From assembly GCA_964035545.1 (NCBI GenBank), contig OZ037773.1:3997751-4061750 (forward strand): a stretch of 64,000 bases of DNA, in the 5' to 3' direction. The first letter of the stretch is position 1. Every line of letters begins with the position of its first letter. Under the pieces are notes generated by a model that was given only the letters and a program-made list of their open reading frames with translations, was not told where the DNA came from and ran no database searches. A program made the translations under genes and the position numbers. Shown one piece after another: positions 1 through 12,600 of this stretch. The DNA is from Bugula neritina. Its lineage: Eukaryota; Animalia; Bryozoa.

Positions 1-101
1 TTTTTCATTGATTCAATATAACCAAATTTTCTATACATGGTAACGTTAATTAGGGATTTGGTTGAAACTTTAATAAAGCCCCGGAAGTTTTAGCCAATTA
101 A

Positions 102-321
102 ACTCACTCACTCACGCAAGTTTAGAGTCGCTATTCCTGTGAGAAACCGCTGATGGAAAGATTTTTTGTTAGAACAGGCTAAGGACTTGTTCAAATGAGG
201 CACAGGAGCAATTATGACTGGATGCTCTTCCTAACATCACCAGTGGCCTTTGTCTGGGTTTGAACCCATGACTTTGTGTTCACAAAGCAAACGCTCTAAC
301 CCCTAGACCACGGCTGCTCCC
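102..321 (-). mobile_element. tRNA-derived SINE
   Basis: The minus strand reads GGGAGCAGCCGTGGTCTAGGGGTTAGAGCG...GGGTTCAAACCC (A-box and B-box like), then a core GTGATGTTAGGAAGAGCATCCAGTC and a (GAGT)n-like tail. Diverged copies occur at ~27410-27610, ~37405-37625 and ~46028-46260, with a fragment at ~25925-25995. Confidence 0.7.
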
Positions 322-427
322 TGGAATTTTTAGCCAATACTTTTTATTCAATTTAATAGTGGAGCTGTTTTTGTTAATGTCTGCATGACTGAAGCTCCCT
401 GATATAATGCAAGTCTGTTTCCTGTAG

Positions 428-3400
428 AAGAGAAGATACCAATCAAGAGTATTGATGTTATCACATTGCATCAGGGGAGGATGACTACTGGTCGAAGGTC
501 TAGCCCAGTACCTCAGCTCATGTATAAAGGCAGTACATCGCTGCAACATTACACCCCTTCCACTGTCCAGTGTTACAACAGAGGGCATGATGGTTATGAT
601 ATACAAGTAAGGAACGAGTACTTGTGGTTCTTTAAAGATTTTATTAAAAAATTAAATTGCTGACCATATAAAATCAATTTTTGTTGAATTGTTGGAGTTG
701 TGTTCCTAATTTTTATTTCAAACATAAAATAATAGAGTTCTATAAGGGCAGGCTATAGATTTGACCTGTCTTGTGATTTCCTGTGTACATACTTGTGGAA
801 TGTATATGTATAATATATCTACTTATATATATAAACCTTGTGATTTTGCAGTGGGAATGTGTAGCTGAGTTAGACCCTCAGGTGAAGTTTGGTCAACTCA
901 ACGTCCAGTGCGAGGGGTATGATTACCCAGACGACCCTAATATACTGAGAGGTTCTTGCGGGGTAAGTTTAGCGTTTGTTGTCAACTCTGCAATGAGTCA
1001 CTATAAATCTCATAATTCACATGCTATTTACCCACTATTTATTGTAATTTGAAACTATAAATTATCCAGAAATCTTAAACCGGCTATTTTTTAATATACT
1101 ATACTTTTGTAGCATTTAGTTAAAAGGAAGACAACTCCTTGTTCTATGTCCTAAAAGTAGTCTCTGCAATTATGAATATATTTTCAGCACAATTGGTTTT
1201 TGATGTTGAGTAGATCATTTCAACTATTTATTTTCAGTTGGAATACACCCTGGAATATACAGGTTCAGGAGGACATAATTCTCACAGTAGTCAGTGGAAC
1301 TCCCACCAATATAACTCCAAGTAAGTTGATTCCACTATATTTTGCAGCTCTCGGGTTAACTACCCTGTTACTGAAAACTGTGACCCAGTAAATATATAAC
1401 AAGGAGAAGATCGGGTGCCAGTGTGCTTATGAAAATATGTACAATTATAATGAGAATTGTTGGTGGACAGTAAATGCTTGGAGCTGCAAGTGTGTGAATT
1501 TATACTATAGGATGGCAGAAATAAAGTTTCTCACATGTTATTGATTAGGCCATATAGTATTCTTACATCTACGTGGTTAATAGTTAATAAATCAAGATGA
1601 AAGGTTTTCTCTCCTATCTCAACCAGCAAATGTTTTCTCCTGAAGCTCTTCGCATGAGTTTGTAAACTGGACTAGATAATAGTGGAGCTGGTGATTTGTT
1701 GTAGACACTCTAAACAGGACAGCTCTGTATCACACTACTTCGTGCTCTTTTGTATTGGAGGACTGATTTATCTCGTCTACACTAAAGTCTTGTCTCCGTC
1801 TCGCACCCCTCCTCCTGCTGAAGGTGACGGACCAGCATCTGCCCGACAGAGGAACAGGTTAGTTTTCAGACTATGTTCTCTAGAACCTAGTCTACAAACT
1901 TTAACAGCTCACTGAATACCGCTTTGCGAAACATTTAGAATGAGTGAGTAGTGACTTTGGTCATTGTGAATTGGTTATGTGTGTTTATTCATTATTATTG
2001 GATCATACATCTAGTTTTATCTCCTACTCAGTTAAATTGTTGCTATCAACATTAGGTTTTTTATTTGTTTATGTCATGTAACTGGATGTGAATCTGTTTG
2101 CTTTCCTGTATCTTATAACCATCTGTACTGGTGGATCCACTTTTGTAGGTTGTACCCTGATATTCCTCCCCCTCCTTATCCAGGCACAGAACCATCCGCT
2201 CCTGAAGCACCCCCTGCATATGGCTGGGCTGATAACGTAATGCCAGGTATTTATAGGCTATTACCTAATAATCATCATAATAATACATCACAATGACTAG
2301 TGTTACACTATTCTATATTATAGTAGCTATATTACTGCATTACTAGAACATGCTATTGTTATATTTTTATAGTTATTCTTTTACACCAGTAATTCAACAC
2401 AATCTTACTTTTACTGAAAGCACTTTGTTCTGTTTTTCTGTAACTTTTTTGGTTAAAATTCTCAAACACTTGACTGTAGCTGTATGATAGTTTTAATCAT
2501 TCTATAAGTTAGGTAGATGAAGATGAGTTCTCCATAGTTCTACTCTCTACTATTAAAACCCTAGTCAATGTTTTATACTTTGACTCTCGCTCTACATTCT
2601 GCACTATTGTAAGCTGTCACAGCCCTGTAAATTATTTATATGTTTTCAATAAACATGAGCACCAGTTAACTCATGGCTCTATGGATCATTCAACTGGTTT
2701 TATTTTGTAGGATCTGGAAAATCTTATTCTACGAGTCGAAACCAAGCACCACCCACTAGTCACACATTCAGCCAATCGCAAGCAAGAACAGAAACACACA
2801 CTGGTAACAACCAATCAGGTCCTGGGTTTTGGGGAGGCGCCGCATTGGGCGGTATAGCAGGATATTTGTTTGGTAATAGGAATAGAGGCTACGGCCATCA
2901 TCACAGGGTAAGAAATGTGACTTTACTAGAATAGGATTGTTCTAGTTGTCACTAAGTGTTTGGTGATACCAATGGTGACCTGTTCAGTAAGAGAATTTAA
3001 AACTTGTATTCCTTCAATCATACTGACCAGTTACTATATAATAATGAGTAAGCTGTCACTGTGTGCGTGTATTCTATAAATATCATAGGTGTGTTGTGTC
3101 ACTAAGTATATGCTTTTGTAGCCTTATGGAGGTGGCTGGGGATCTGGCTGGGGCTCAGGTTGGGGCTCAGGCTGGGGATCTGGCTGGGGTTCTAGAGGGT
3201 CAAACTGGGGGTCAGGTTGGGGCTCGGGGTATTCCTCCCGACCTCACACAAGCGGCTGGGGAAGCAGTTGGTCAAGTGGAAGTAGTCGGCCATCAGCTTC
3301 AACAGGAAGTGGATCTAGCAGAAGGACGTCAGGTAAATGGATTTTACTTACCATCCCATTCTAGTGAGAAGAGCTATATAGTGATGCTATTCAATCTTAT

Positions 3401-3823
3401 AGAATTGACATTGTGAATTCTTTCAAATGAAATTCATAAGTAATTGACTTTTTTGAGAATGAATTTGTCTAAGAGACACGCAGAAGTGTCGTATTTCCTG
3501 AACTTGAATCCTTACTTTTGTTGCTGCTAAACCTTGTTATAATGACTGCAATGCACTGGTTATACAAAACATCGCGTTTTCTTATTCAATTTTTTAATGT
3601 GCCAAGTATTTCATTCTAACTAGTATTATGTCCTTTAAAGGCCAAGACTTTCTTACAAAGCTATATACTACACATCAGTGTACAGTAATACAAACTCTCT
3701 AATGGTGGTCATGTCGCAATAATAAAGTTAGTCTATAGATTGATTTCATACAAGTAGAACATAATCCTAGTATGACTATATCTGTAATTTATTGAAGGTT
3801 TCGCTGGTACAAGTCGAAGGTAG
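428..3823 (+). CDS. SARAF: Store-operated calcium entry-associated regulatory factor (SARAF/TMEM66), 5'-partial (signal-peptide exon lies upstream of the window)
   Basis: GT-AG exons 428-606, 852-962, 1238-1320, 1705-1857, 2149-2246, 2711-2907, 3122-3332 and 3798-3823 join in frame. Family motifs: TTGRRSSPVPQL, VQCYNRGHDGYDIQWEC, CEGYDYPDDPNILRGSCGLEYTL, a TM segment (YFVLFCIGGLIYLVY), GPGFWGGAALGGIAGYLFG and C-terminal SGFAGTSRR*. Confidence 0.95.
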
Positions 3824-4663
3824 TAAACAGACAGGAAGTCAATAAGCTCATCACCATGGTTACCAAGTTTTACCTGCAAACAGAGTTCAGTTTTAAAACC
3901 AAACTCCACGTTTCATATTGATTGTAGTCTAATTATAAATTGTTGATAATATAAATATATTATATTTTATTAGTGTGTATAATTTTTATGTTTGGCTTTT
4001 CCTGACAAATGTATTTATGTACTATATTTTTAGTTGTTGGCTTGATTTGCGTTCAACTCATTATATTTCAACTGCACCAATCCTTTTCAATGGGTACTTT
4101 TTCAATATGTTCCTGTCATATTGTATAATTATTATTGTCTATTTAAACTTATTGATGTTCTACTGTAATAATTATGAAGATTATAAAACTTGAATTTTAC
4201 AGTTGGCAAATGTCATTTCATTTTCAAAATCTCAATATTTAATATAGTATATTTTACTATAATAATAATATGATTACAATAATGTAATATATTTTTTAAA
4301 GACAATAAATAATCAAGACTTAATAAATATCAGAGAGATAAGGCTTAAGTATATTCAAGTGAGCAAAAGTAATTGTGTGTATTAAAAGAAGTGGGACAGG
4401 TGAAGAAAACAGAAATAACAAAATTCCTTTCAATATGAACACATCTAAAACACAATTATAGCAAATTTGAGGTACAGGAAGTTCAAATAATTCAATGAAT
4501 GTCTGGTAACTAATACATATTTAAATTAATCTGCATAACAAATAAAATATGAGAGCAGTGGATGGTGCGATAACTTCAGTTAGTAGAGTTGTCATCCCAT
4601 GGAGCACTCCTACACAAATTAGTGATTTCTGCTGCAACACAACACCTCTGTGTTCTGGTAGAA

Positions 4664-6903
4664 TTACATGTCAGAACATGGAGCCATGTCTTCTTCAGAA
4701 CCACCCGAGTCAATATGCTCTTGAAGGTCACAGAGTTGGCGCAGGAAACCACGGTTTGGGCATATTTCTCTTTTTTCTCTAACGTGACAATATTTCAATA
4801 GATATGAGCAAATAACCTGATGCGAAAGTGCGGGATAAATAAGGCTTTCATTTTTAAATCGCACTTGCTTTTAATAAAACGCAATTTACTGGAATATAGC
4901 ACTAAAATAAAAGAATTGGACTCGTTAATTAACTACCAGCCAATTAGGTGACGACGACAGAGACGATTCGCACTTGCGTTCAGAATGCTGAGCGACAAGT
5001 GCGAATGTTTTCTCAACGCATACAGTGGACACCTTTGCTACTTGTGGTTTCAATTTTCGCATGCGAAAATACGCACAGTGTGGCCCTAGGCTTAGTGGAA
5101 GCATAAATTCACAACATAAATATGCAGCATGGTGTTCAACTTCCAATAAATATGTGATTGTATGTAGCCTGCATCTGTGAACATAATGTAATTATGCTGC
5201 AACCAAACACGCCAACAGATTGCGAATGCCCTGTGTAACAGAACTCTACACTGTTGATGCTGTAAGAGTTCAACCCCTTCCCTGAAAGTATGTCATCTTC
5301 ACCACTTATTCCACTAACATCAAACTAAACTTGGATAAATTCATCAGAAGATCAGGCACAGATTTAGCAAAGAACCCTAATGCATCTATTACCTCACAAT
5401 TCGGGTGGCTTCCATGACAGACTTGTTTTCTTTCATCATGAGATACGCTAGGACTATAGTAGCAGAGCGACTGGCTCCCGACCTGCAGTGTACCAGTATT
5501 TTACCACCTAAATCAGAATAGTCATATTTTATTCATTCTACTAATCACGGAGATAAAAATGTAAAGGTTGCTTTAACATATAAAAATAGATGCTTGTCAC
5601 TGGAATTTAATTATCATTAATTAATATTTCATTGACTATAAGAAAATAAATGGAGTGGCTGTGAGTGAGCCAAAAACTCTAACTGAGAGATCACAGACTG
5701 TTTCCTGTGAAGACCGTAGTTACCATCCACCTTTTACATGCTCTGGTAATGTACTCAGAGTGCTTAGTGCATATCTACACAGCGTATACAGTCGATAACC
5801 TACATAAAGTGGGAGCAAACTTATTTATGTTATCATAAACACTATAAGACTATGCCAATAAAAGAAATTAAAGAAAATACAGTTTTACATCAAATTTCAA
5901 GTAATTTATTTTATAAAAATTAAACTTGTTTGAATTCAAAATTAATCAGGCTTTATTTGTGGACTGATTATTTGAAATAGTTTTTAGTATGACATTGAGT
6001 GCAAACTTGTGAGTTTAAAGCATTCTTCCATTGAATGAACATAATAGATGATTTAGTTTGCCACTAGAAAGTAATCAACATACCAGGTGTTTTCAAAGCT
6101 TCATGTATATAGGCTGAGGTTTTCGAGAAAAAAGGTTGAAGATTGAATGTGGGTGAATCTTCTGCAGTAATGCCTAGAATTAAGGAAATAGTAATGAATA
6201 CTTTTGAATGTAGAGGTAAAGGAAAAGTATAATAATATCAATAATGTCAATAGATATATAATGCATATATATATTGCATATAGAATGCATATATATAACT
6301 GTAGATTTCTACTGACTCACCCATGAAGCTGATGCCAACCTTGGAATACATTTCAGAGTTGGTTTCAGAGTAATATCTCCCTTTACCATGTGCAGCATTG
6401 AGTACGTGAGTAAAACCTTTCTCTTTTAGGTTTAGAATGTCAACAGCTGCATCACTGAAATTGGAAGTTACAAGAGTCATTTAGCATGGAGCTAGGCTGC
6501 TTGGATGTAGACTTGGTATACAATAATCACCATAAAGAGCAGCTAACTCCAGACATTGAAAAATTTACTTTAATCTCGTATAGTTAAACAAACTCAAAGG
6601 CAACAATTAAAACACTACAATAGACACATTTAAATGTCTATACAGCAAGAGGGAAGTTATGAAACTAATCTGCTTGAATAGGAATATTATAGTAGTTGAA
6701 AATTCAAGTCACACAAAAGAGTCAAGTCATACAAAAATTCAAGTCACACAGAAAGATCAAGGAAAGTTGTAGACTTACTGCTCGCCGATATAAATCTCGG
6801 AGTAGACTTTGTCCATGGCTCTGCTAGGCATTTGCATAATTCCATGCTCTCCACTCAGGATTTGCTCAAGATCAGAAACACTCACTGACTTGTTCTCTTC
6901 CAT
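4664..6903 (-). CDS. DUSP3: DUSP3/VHR-like atypical dual-specificity phosphatase, copy 1 (~192 aa from MEENK)
   Basis: Exons 6903-6779, 6454-6321, 6173-6084, 5507-5393 and 4778-4664 are in frame. Motifs: [25 protein letters not shown] (general acid), active site [19 protein letters not shown], and [13 protein letters not shown]. Confidence 0.88.
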
Positions 6904-7335
6904 CGAGGGTTTGAGATGTTTGGATCCAAAGCTTGACGGTATCACACTGACATAGACAAGGCAAAATGGAGGTCAGAAAATAGTCTTGGAAAGCTAAATA
7001 TTTACTCAAACTCACTGAACATGATGATAAAACGGGGCTTTATGAATGAAAAACCTGAATCTTTTGGGCACAAAAAGAATTAAAACAGCTCAATTGCTGA
7101 CATTGAAAAACCTTTACTTTACCTAAAAACATGGCAACAAGATAACTATAACAGTCTTAACTTTAAAGCATAAGATAGTACACATTGAAGACAAGATAGT
7201 TATGCTCTGTGTATATCAAACAGCCCACCTGCAACCAAAATGGTGAGTCTGTTTAAAGCAACACTAGAAGGATTGAGTTATAGATTATTTTATCATACTA
7301 GAGATAACTTATAAGTTATAACTAGAAAACATAAA

Positions 7336-7340
<5 letters not shown>

Positions 7341-7402
<62 letters not shown>
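7341..7402. repeat. (TA)n microsatellite
   Basis: Perfect TA run of about 30 units; absent from the paralogous intron in unit 2. Confidence 0.95.
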
Positions 7403-7404
<2 letters not shown>

Positions 7405-7503
7405 AAATGTTTTCCATGCACAGTTTGTGAATAAAAGCCATTATTTATTTATCCATGCTTAAACCAAACAAGGACAATGTAAAACCTGTTTTACCTCAAA
7501 CAA

Positions 7504-8430
7504 CTAGCTGTCGACGTTGTTGTGAGAGTCTCGGAATTCCTTAGGCACGTTGATGCCAACACAAGAGCCAGATTTCTCAGAATGCTTAATACAGCAGGAG
7601 TACATTCGCTGTAAGACCTGTACGCACTTAACTTCCTGGTAGTTGTTAGCTGCACAAAGACGGTTTAGTAACTCATTGAAATTTCACTTGAATAGTTGAA
7701 TAGGGAATGACTGAACTAATTGAATCAGGGAAATGTGCAACAACATGAGCCAAAATAATGACTTCATCTGATTTCTTAGCAAATTTCATGAAACGATTTA
7801 GCTCTATGTATATATAAAAGCATGGTCATGGAAATTTGTGAACTATAAAAATATAGGCACAATAGAAATATGTGCAACACAAGAGTGTTATTAACTTGAA
7901 ACAAATTGCTGAATAAATCTAAAAACAGCCACATTTTTTCTGTGAAGATAAAGTCAATCACATTTTAAGTCATCCAGACACAGTAGCAAACCTGTAGCAC
8001 TTATACTCTATTATTGTCATACAAATTAACTGGCAGTAATGGTTATATGAATCAATGATTTGCTGTTAAATTCAAAGTTAATAATTTTAAAATACTTTTA
8101 GTTCCGTATTAAGAAAAAAAAGTAAAGAACCTGCTACTATATAGTAAATAAAAACTAAAAATTTTTACGTTGAAATCTAAAGTACATTACATACCCTGGC
8201 CTACTCTCAACCTGTGCATAATTATAAACACAATCATGTTGCAACATTTAAATGGCAATATAAAGCAATATTTGGATATATTAATACTGGCCATTGAATT
8301 TATATATCATAAACAAAATTAAATGTTTGAAATGAAACTATAAAAAACTAAATCAATTATCTTATATAGTCTGAAGAACTCTACCTACTAACCATGCAGA
8401 CATTTCTATATATCACAATGGGTCTTTCAT
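7504..8430 (-). pseudogene. CMC4: CMC4 copy 1, disrupted
   Basis: Exon 8430-8393 has a 14-bp deletion (GTCAGTCGTATGCT) relative to copy 2, giving MKDPL*, and also a CAG>TAG change. The exon 2 segment 7649-7504 still reads NNYQEVKCVQVLQRMYSCCIKHSEKSGSCVGINVPKEFRDSHNNVDS*. Confidence 0.88.
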
Positions 8431-8754
8431 CTATTAATCGGTCAAATCATCCTGAAAAGACTTACGTATTTATTTTATTTCATTTAGTAATTAGCAACCT
8501 TTGATAAAAGAAGCATATTCATGGCAATATTAAACAACATGACTCAACAGAAAACAAGACAAGTGTTTCATTCCAACTAGTATTATGTCCTTTAAGGGCC
8601 AAGACTTTTTTAAAAAGCTATTTACTACACATCAGTGTACAGTAATACAAACTCTCTAATGGTGGTCATGCTGCAATAATAAAATTAGTCTATAGATTGA
8701 TTTCATACAAGTAGAACATAATCCTAGTATGATTATATCTGTATATTATTGAAG

Positions 8755-8780
8755 GTTTCGCTGGTACAAGCCGAAGGTAG
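8755..8780 (+). other. SARAF: Duplicated SARAF terminal coding exon, followed by a copy of its 3'UTR
   Basis: gaag|GTTTCGCTGGTACAAGCCGAAGGTAG encodes (G)FAGTSRR* with one synonymous change versus 3798-3823; the acceptor is intact. Confidence 0.8.
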
Positions 8781-9659
8781 TAAACACACCGGAAGTCAAT
8801 ATGCTCATCATCATGGTTACCAAGTTTTACCTGCAAATAGAGTTCAGTTTTAAAACCAAACTCCACGTTTCATATTGATTGTAGTCTAATAAAAAATTGT
8901 TGATAATATAAATATATTATATTTTTATTAGTCTGTATAATTATTATGTTTGGCTTTTCCTGACAAATGTATTTATGTACTATATTTTTAGTTGTTGGCT
9001 TGATTTGCGTTCAACTCATTATATTTCAACTGCACCAATCCTTTTCAATGGGTACCTTTCCAGTATGTCCCTGTCATAGTGTACAATTCTTATTGTCTAT
9101 TTAAACTTACTGATGTTCTACTGTAATACGAAGATTATAAAACTTGAATTTTGCAGTTGACAATTTCATTTCATTTTCAAAATCTCATTATTTATTATAG
9201 TATATTTTACAATAATAATATTATGATTATAATAATGTAATATATTTTTACAGAAACAATAAATATTCAAGATTTAAAAAATATCAGAGAGGTAAGGCTA
9301 AGGATGTTGGTCAATCATCCAAGTGAGCAAAAGTACTGGTGCGTATAAAAATTTAGTTCAGTGCATCGAGAGGTGGGACGGGTCAAGAAAACAGAAATTA
9401 CAAAATTCTTTTGAAATATGAACACATCTAAAACACAATTATAACAAATTCGAGGTACAGGAAGTCAAAATAATTCAAGAAATATCAGGTAAATAATACA
9501 TCTTTATATTAATTCGAATGACAAATAAAATATAGGAGTGCAGCGGGTGGTGTGATAACTCCAATTAGTAGAGTTGTCCTCTCATGGAATACTTCTACAC
9601 AGACTAGTGATTTCTATTGCAACACAACACCTCTGTTTGTGTTCTGGTAGAATCACATG

Positions 9660-12600
9660 TCAGACTATGGAGCACGTCCTCTCCTTCTTCAGATCCCCGG
9701 AGTCAATACGCTCTTGAAGGTTGCAGAGTTGGCGCAGGAAACCACGATTTGGACTTATTTCTCTCTTTTCTCTAAAGTGACAATAATTTAATAGATATTA
9801 GCAAATAAGCTGATATGAACGTATATAGCTTGACAAGAATTTTAATTTAATGTGAATTAACTTTAGTCATTCACTGCGTTTCCATCATTATGGATTTTTC
9901 ATTTGCCTAATGTAAACAGTTATATTGAATGAAACCACAACCATAAGTTAATACAAACTGAAACCACAAATTAATCAGTAAGGACAGCCACATACATAAT
10001 GCGCAGTCATGGAGATGCAGAGTATGCTTACAAATAATACTGAACTATATAAAACTTGGTGCTAATTTATATTTTATGGCTATTTTAAACCTTTCCTTGT
10101 TACTTAGTAAAACTTATTTAAAGTCTCTATCTCAGAAAAAGCCGAAGGCCTAGCTTCGTTTCTCGACATCACCAATGGCTCGGCCTGAACTTGCGCCACT
10201 GATCTAAGTTCAACCACTAGTTGCTTCCTTATCATATAACATGATATTATCTAGAACTACACATGCCGTGCCATCTAAGTATACAGCATGGTGTTCATCT
10301 TCCAATAGATATGTGATGGTGTGTAGCTATTTGTGAACAAATAATGTAGTTGTGCAGCAACCAAACACGCCAACAAATTGTGAATGGCCTGCGTAACATA
10401 AACTTAGCACTCTACACTGTTGATGTTGTTAGGGTTCAATCCCCTCCCTGAAAGCGTATCATCTTTACCATATATTGCATTAATGTGAGACTAGACTTGT
10501 ATAAATTCATCAGAAGATCAGGCACAGATCTAGTGAAGAACCCTAATGTATATATTACCTCACAATTCGGGTGGCTTCCATGACAGACTGGTTTTCTTTC
10601 ATCATGAGATACGCTAGGACTATAGTAGCAGAACGGCTAGCTCCCGACCTGCAGTGTACCAGTATTTTACCACCTAAATCAGAATAGTCATATTATATTC
10701 ATCAATTTAGTCACAGTGATGAAAATGTAAAGATTGCTATAACATATGCAACTAGACGCTTGTCACTGGAATTTAATTATCATTAATTAATATTACATCA
10801 ACTATAAGAAAATAAATGGAGTGGCTGTGAGTGATCACAGACTGCTTCCTGTAAAGACGGTAGTTACCAATCTCCTTTTATATGCTCTGGTAATGTACTC
10901 AGAGTGATTAGTGCATATCTACAGTGTATACAGTCAATAAACTATATGAAGAAGGAACAAACTTGTTTATGCTATCATCAACCAGTGGTTCCCAACCTGG
11001 GGGAATTCCTCTGGGGGGGGGGGGGGGGGGGAATTTGGACATTTTAGGGGGGGGGAATTTATATTTTGTAAAATCCGCAATTTGTTGAAGGCTTTCGAGC
11101 TCTTGCAAGTTACATGTACATTATGTATATCTATAAATCTTCATCTTAGTTCATCTACTTAACCAAACTATATTCTGCAACCTCTACATGAATGTGTTTA
11201 TAAATTACTCTAACCTAACTGTTCTCTGTGCTATTTTGAATGGAGGTCAAAAAATTTGCAAAACCAACAGGCCAACTTTTAGCAGCCATGTAAGTCAATC
11301 TCAATAACATGTGTACTACATACCCAGTGAATGTATTTGCTGCACTGAATAATCTGAACCTAAAAATGCAGGAGTGCAGTCATCACATCATTGCTTTTCA
11401 TAGCAGCGGCAATGTTTTTAAAGTCACACTAAAGTGGGGGCATCTCAATCAAAAACCGTGGTGTCTTTCCCCACACTTAATTAACTTTTATAGGAGAAGA
11501 ACCTGTTCCGATTTTAAGTTAAATTGTACTCTAGTGTTAAATTTTCCCAAACTCAAACCTCCAAGCCCCCCTCCCTCCTGAACGCCTAACCCCCAACTCT
11601 AATCTTCAATCCTAATATTGAAATAAAGCTATTTTTACCTAATTTTCCATATTACCTGTGCCATTTTACCCGTGCTATTTTTACCTTTGCCATTTTTACC
11701 GGACACCACCTGTTCCAGATAATTTTTCAAAAAAGCTCCCAGGCATCTTTCTGAACTTTAATGGAGTTTTAACGGTATTTCTCTGAGTTACCTCCCGAAA
11801 GAGCTAGATTCCTAACTTTACATTTGACCCATTGCAACGTTTTGTTGAAAAGTTTTTAGAGGAACTACAGGAGGATTTCATTGAGTTGGTTCACAATTCA
11901 GCAATGAAGGGCGATTTGAAACTTTTTCCAATTGATGTATTGTGGTTGGTAATAATGGCACAAGATTGGGGGTTTGGGGTTTGGAAAAATTTAACATCAG
12001 TGTGCCATTTTTACCTACTTCTCCATTTGCACCATTATTACCTGTGCCTTTTTTACATGTGCCAGTTTTACCTACTTCTCCATTTGCACCATTATTACCT
12101 GTGCCTTTTTTACATGTGCCAGTTTTACCTACTTCTCCATTTGCACCATTATTACCTGTGCCTTTTTTACATGTGCCAGTTTTACCTACTTCTCCATTTG
12201 CACCATTATTACCTGTGCCTTTTTTACATGTGCCAGTTTTACCTACTTCTCCATTTGCACCATTATTACCTGTGCCATTTTTACATGTGCCAGTTTTACC
12301 TAAAATCATTCTGGGTTTCAACAAGCAAACTCTTCCTACACATGGCTGACAAAGCAGAGTTGTGGTGCCATCCAGCACCAGCTATCCGTGTGAGGTAGCA
12401 TTCTCATCAATTCAAAGAGAAAAGAAACTGCCTTAACTTAAAATGGGCCTGATCAAAAACAGAGCCAGGCTTAAGCAAGCTGGCACAAAAGCATCAACTG
12501 AAGCCATAACGTTAATAATTGAACTGCTCTGTGTTTTATAGCATAAAAATAACGATAGTATTACTATTATGATAATTATATTACATGCAAATATAACAGA

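Noticed and set aside
250-321. tRNA gene
   Set aside because: Only A/B-box remnants are present without a full cloverleaf, attached to a dispersed repeat body, so it is a SINE head.
3063-3416. 117-aa ORF with AGDLAG repeats
   Set aside because: Wrong frame of the SARAF exon at 3122-3332; splice phases select the GWGS frame.
4820-5095. Sequence in DUSP copy 1 intron 4 ending in a Harbinger-like terminus (agtgtggccctaggctta)
   Set aside because: Only one plausible end is visible, so it cannot be delimited as an element.
11832-12398. Three overlapping repetitive ORFs (e.g. [18 protein letters not shown] repeats)
   Set aside because: They are stop-free readings of a 60-bp minisatellite inside a non-autonomous hAT; the sister element has only one unit.
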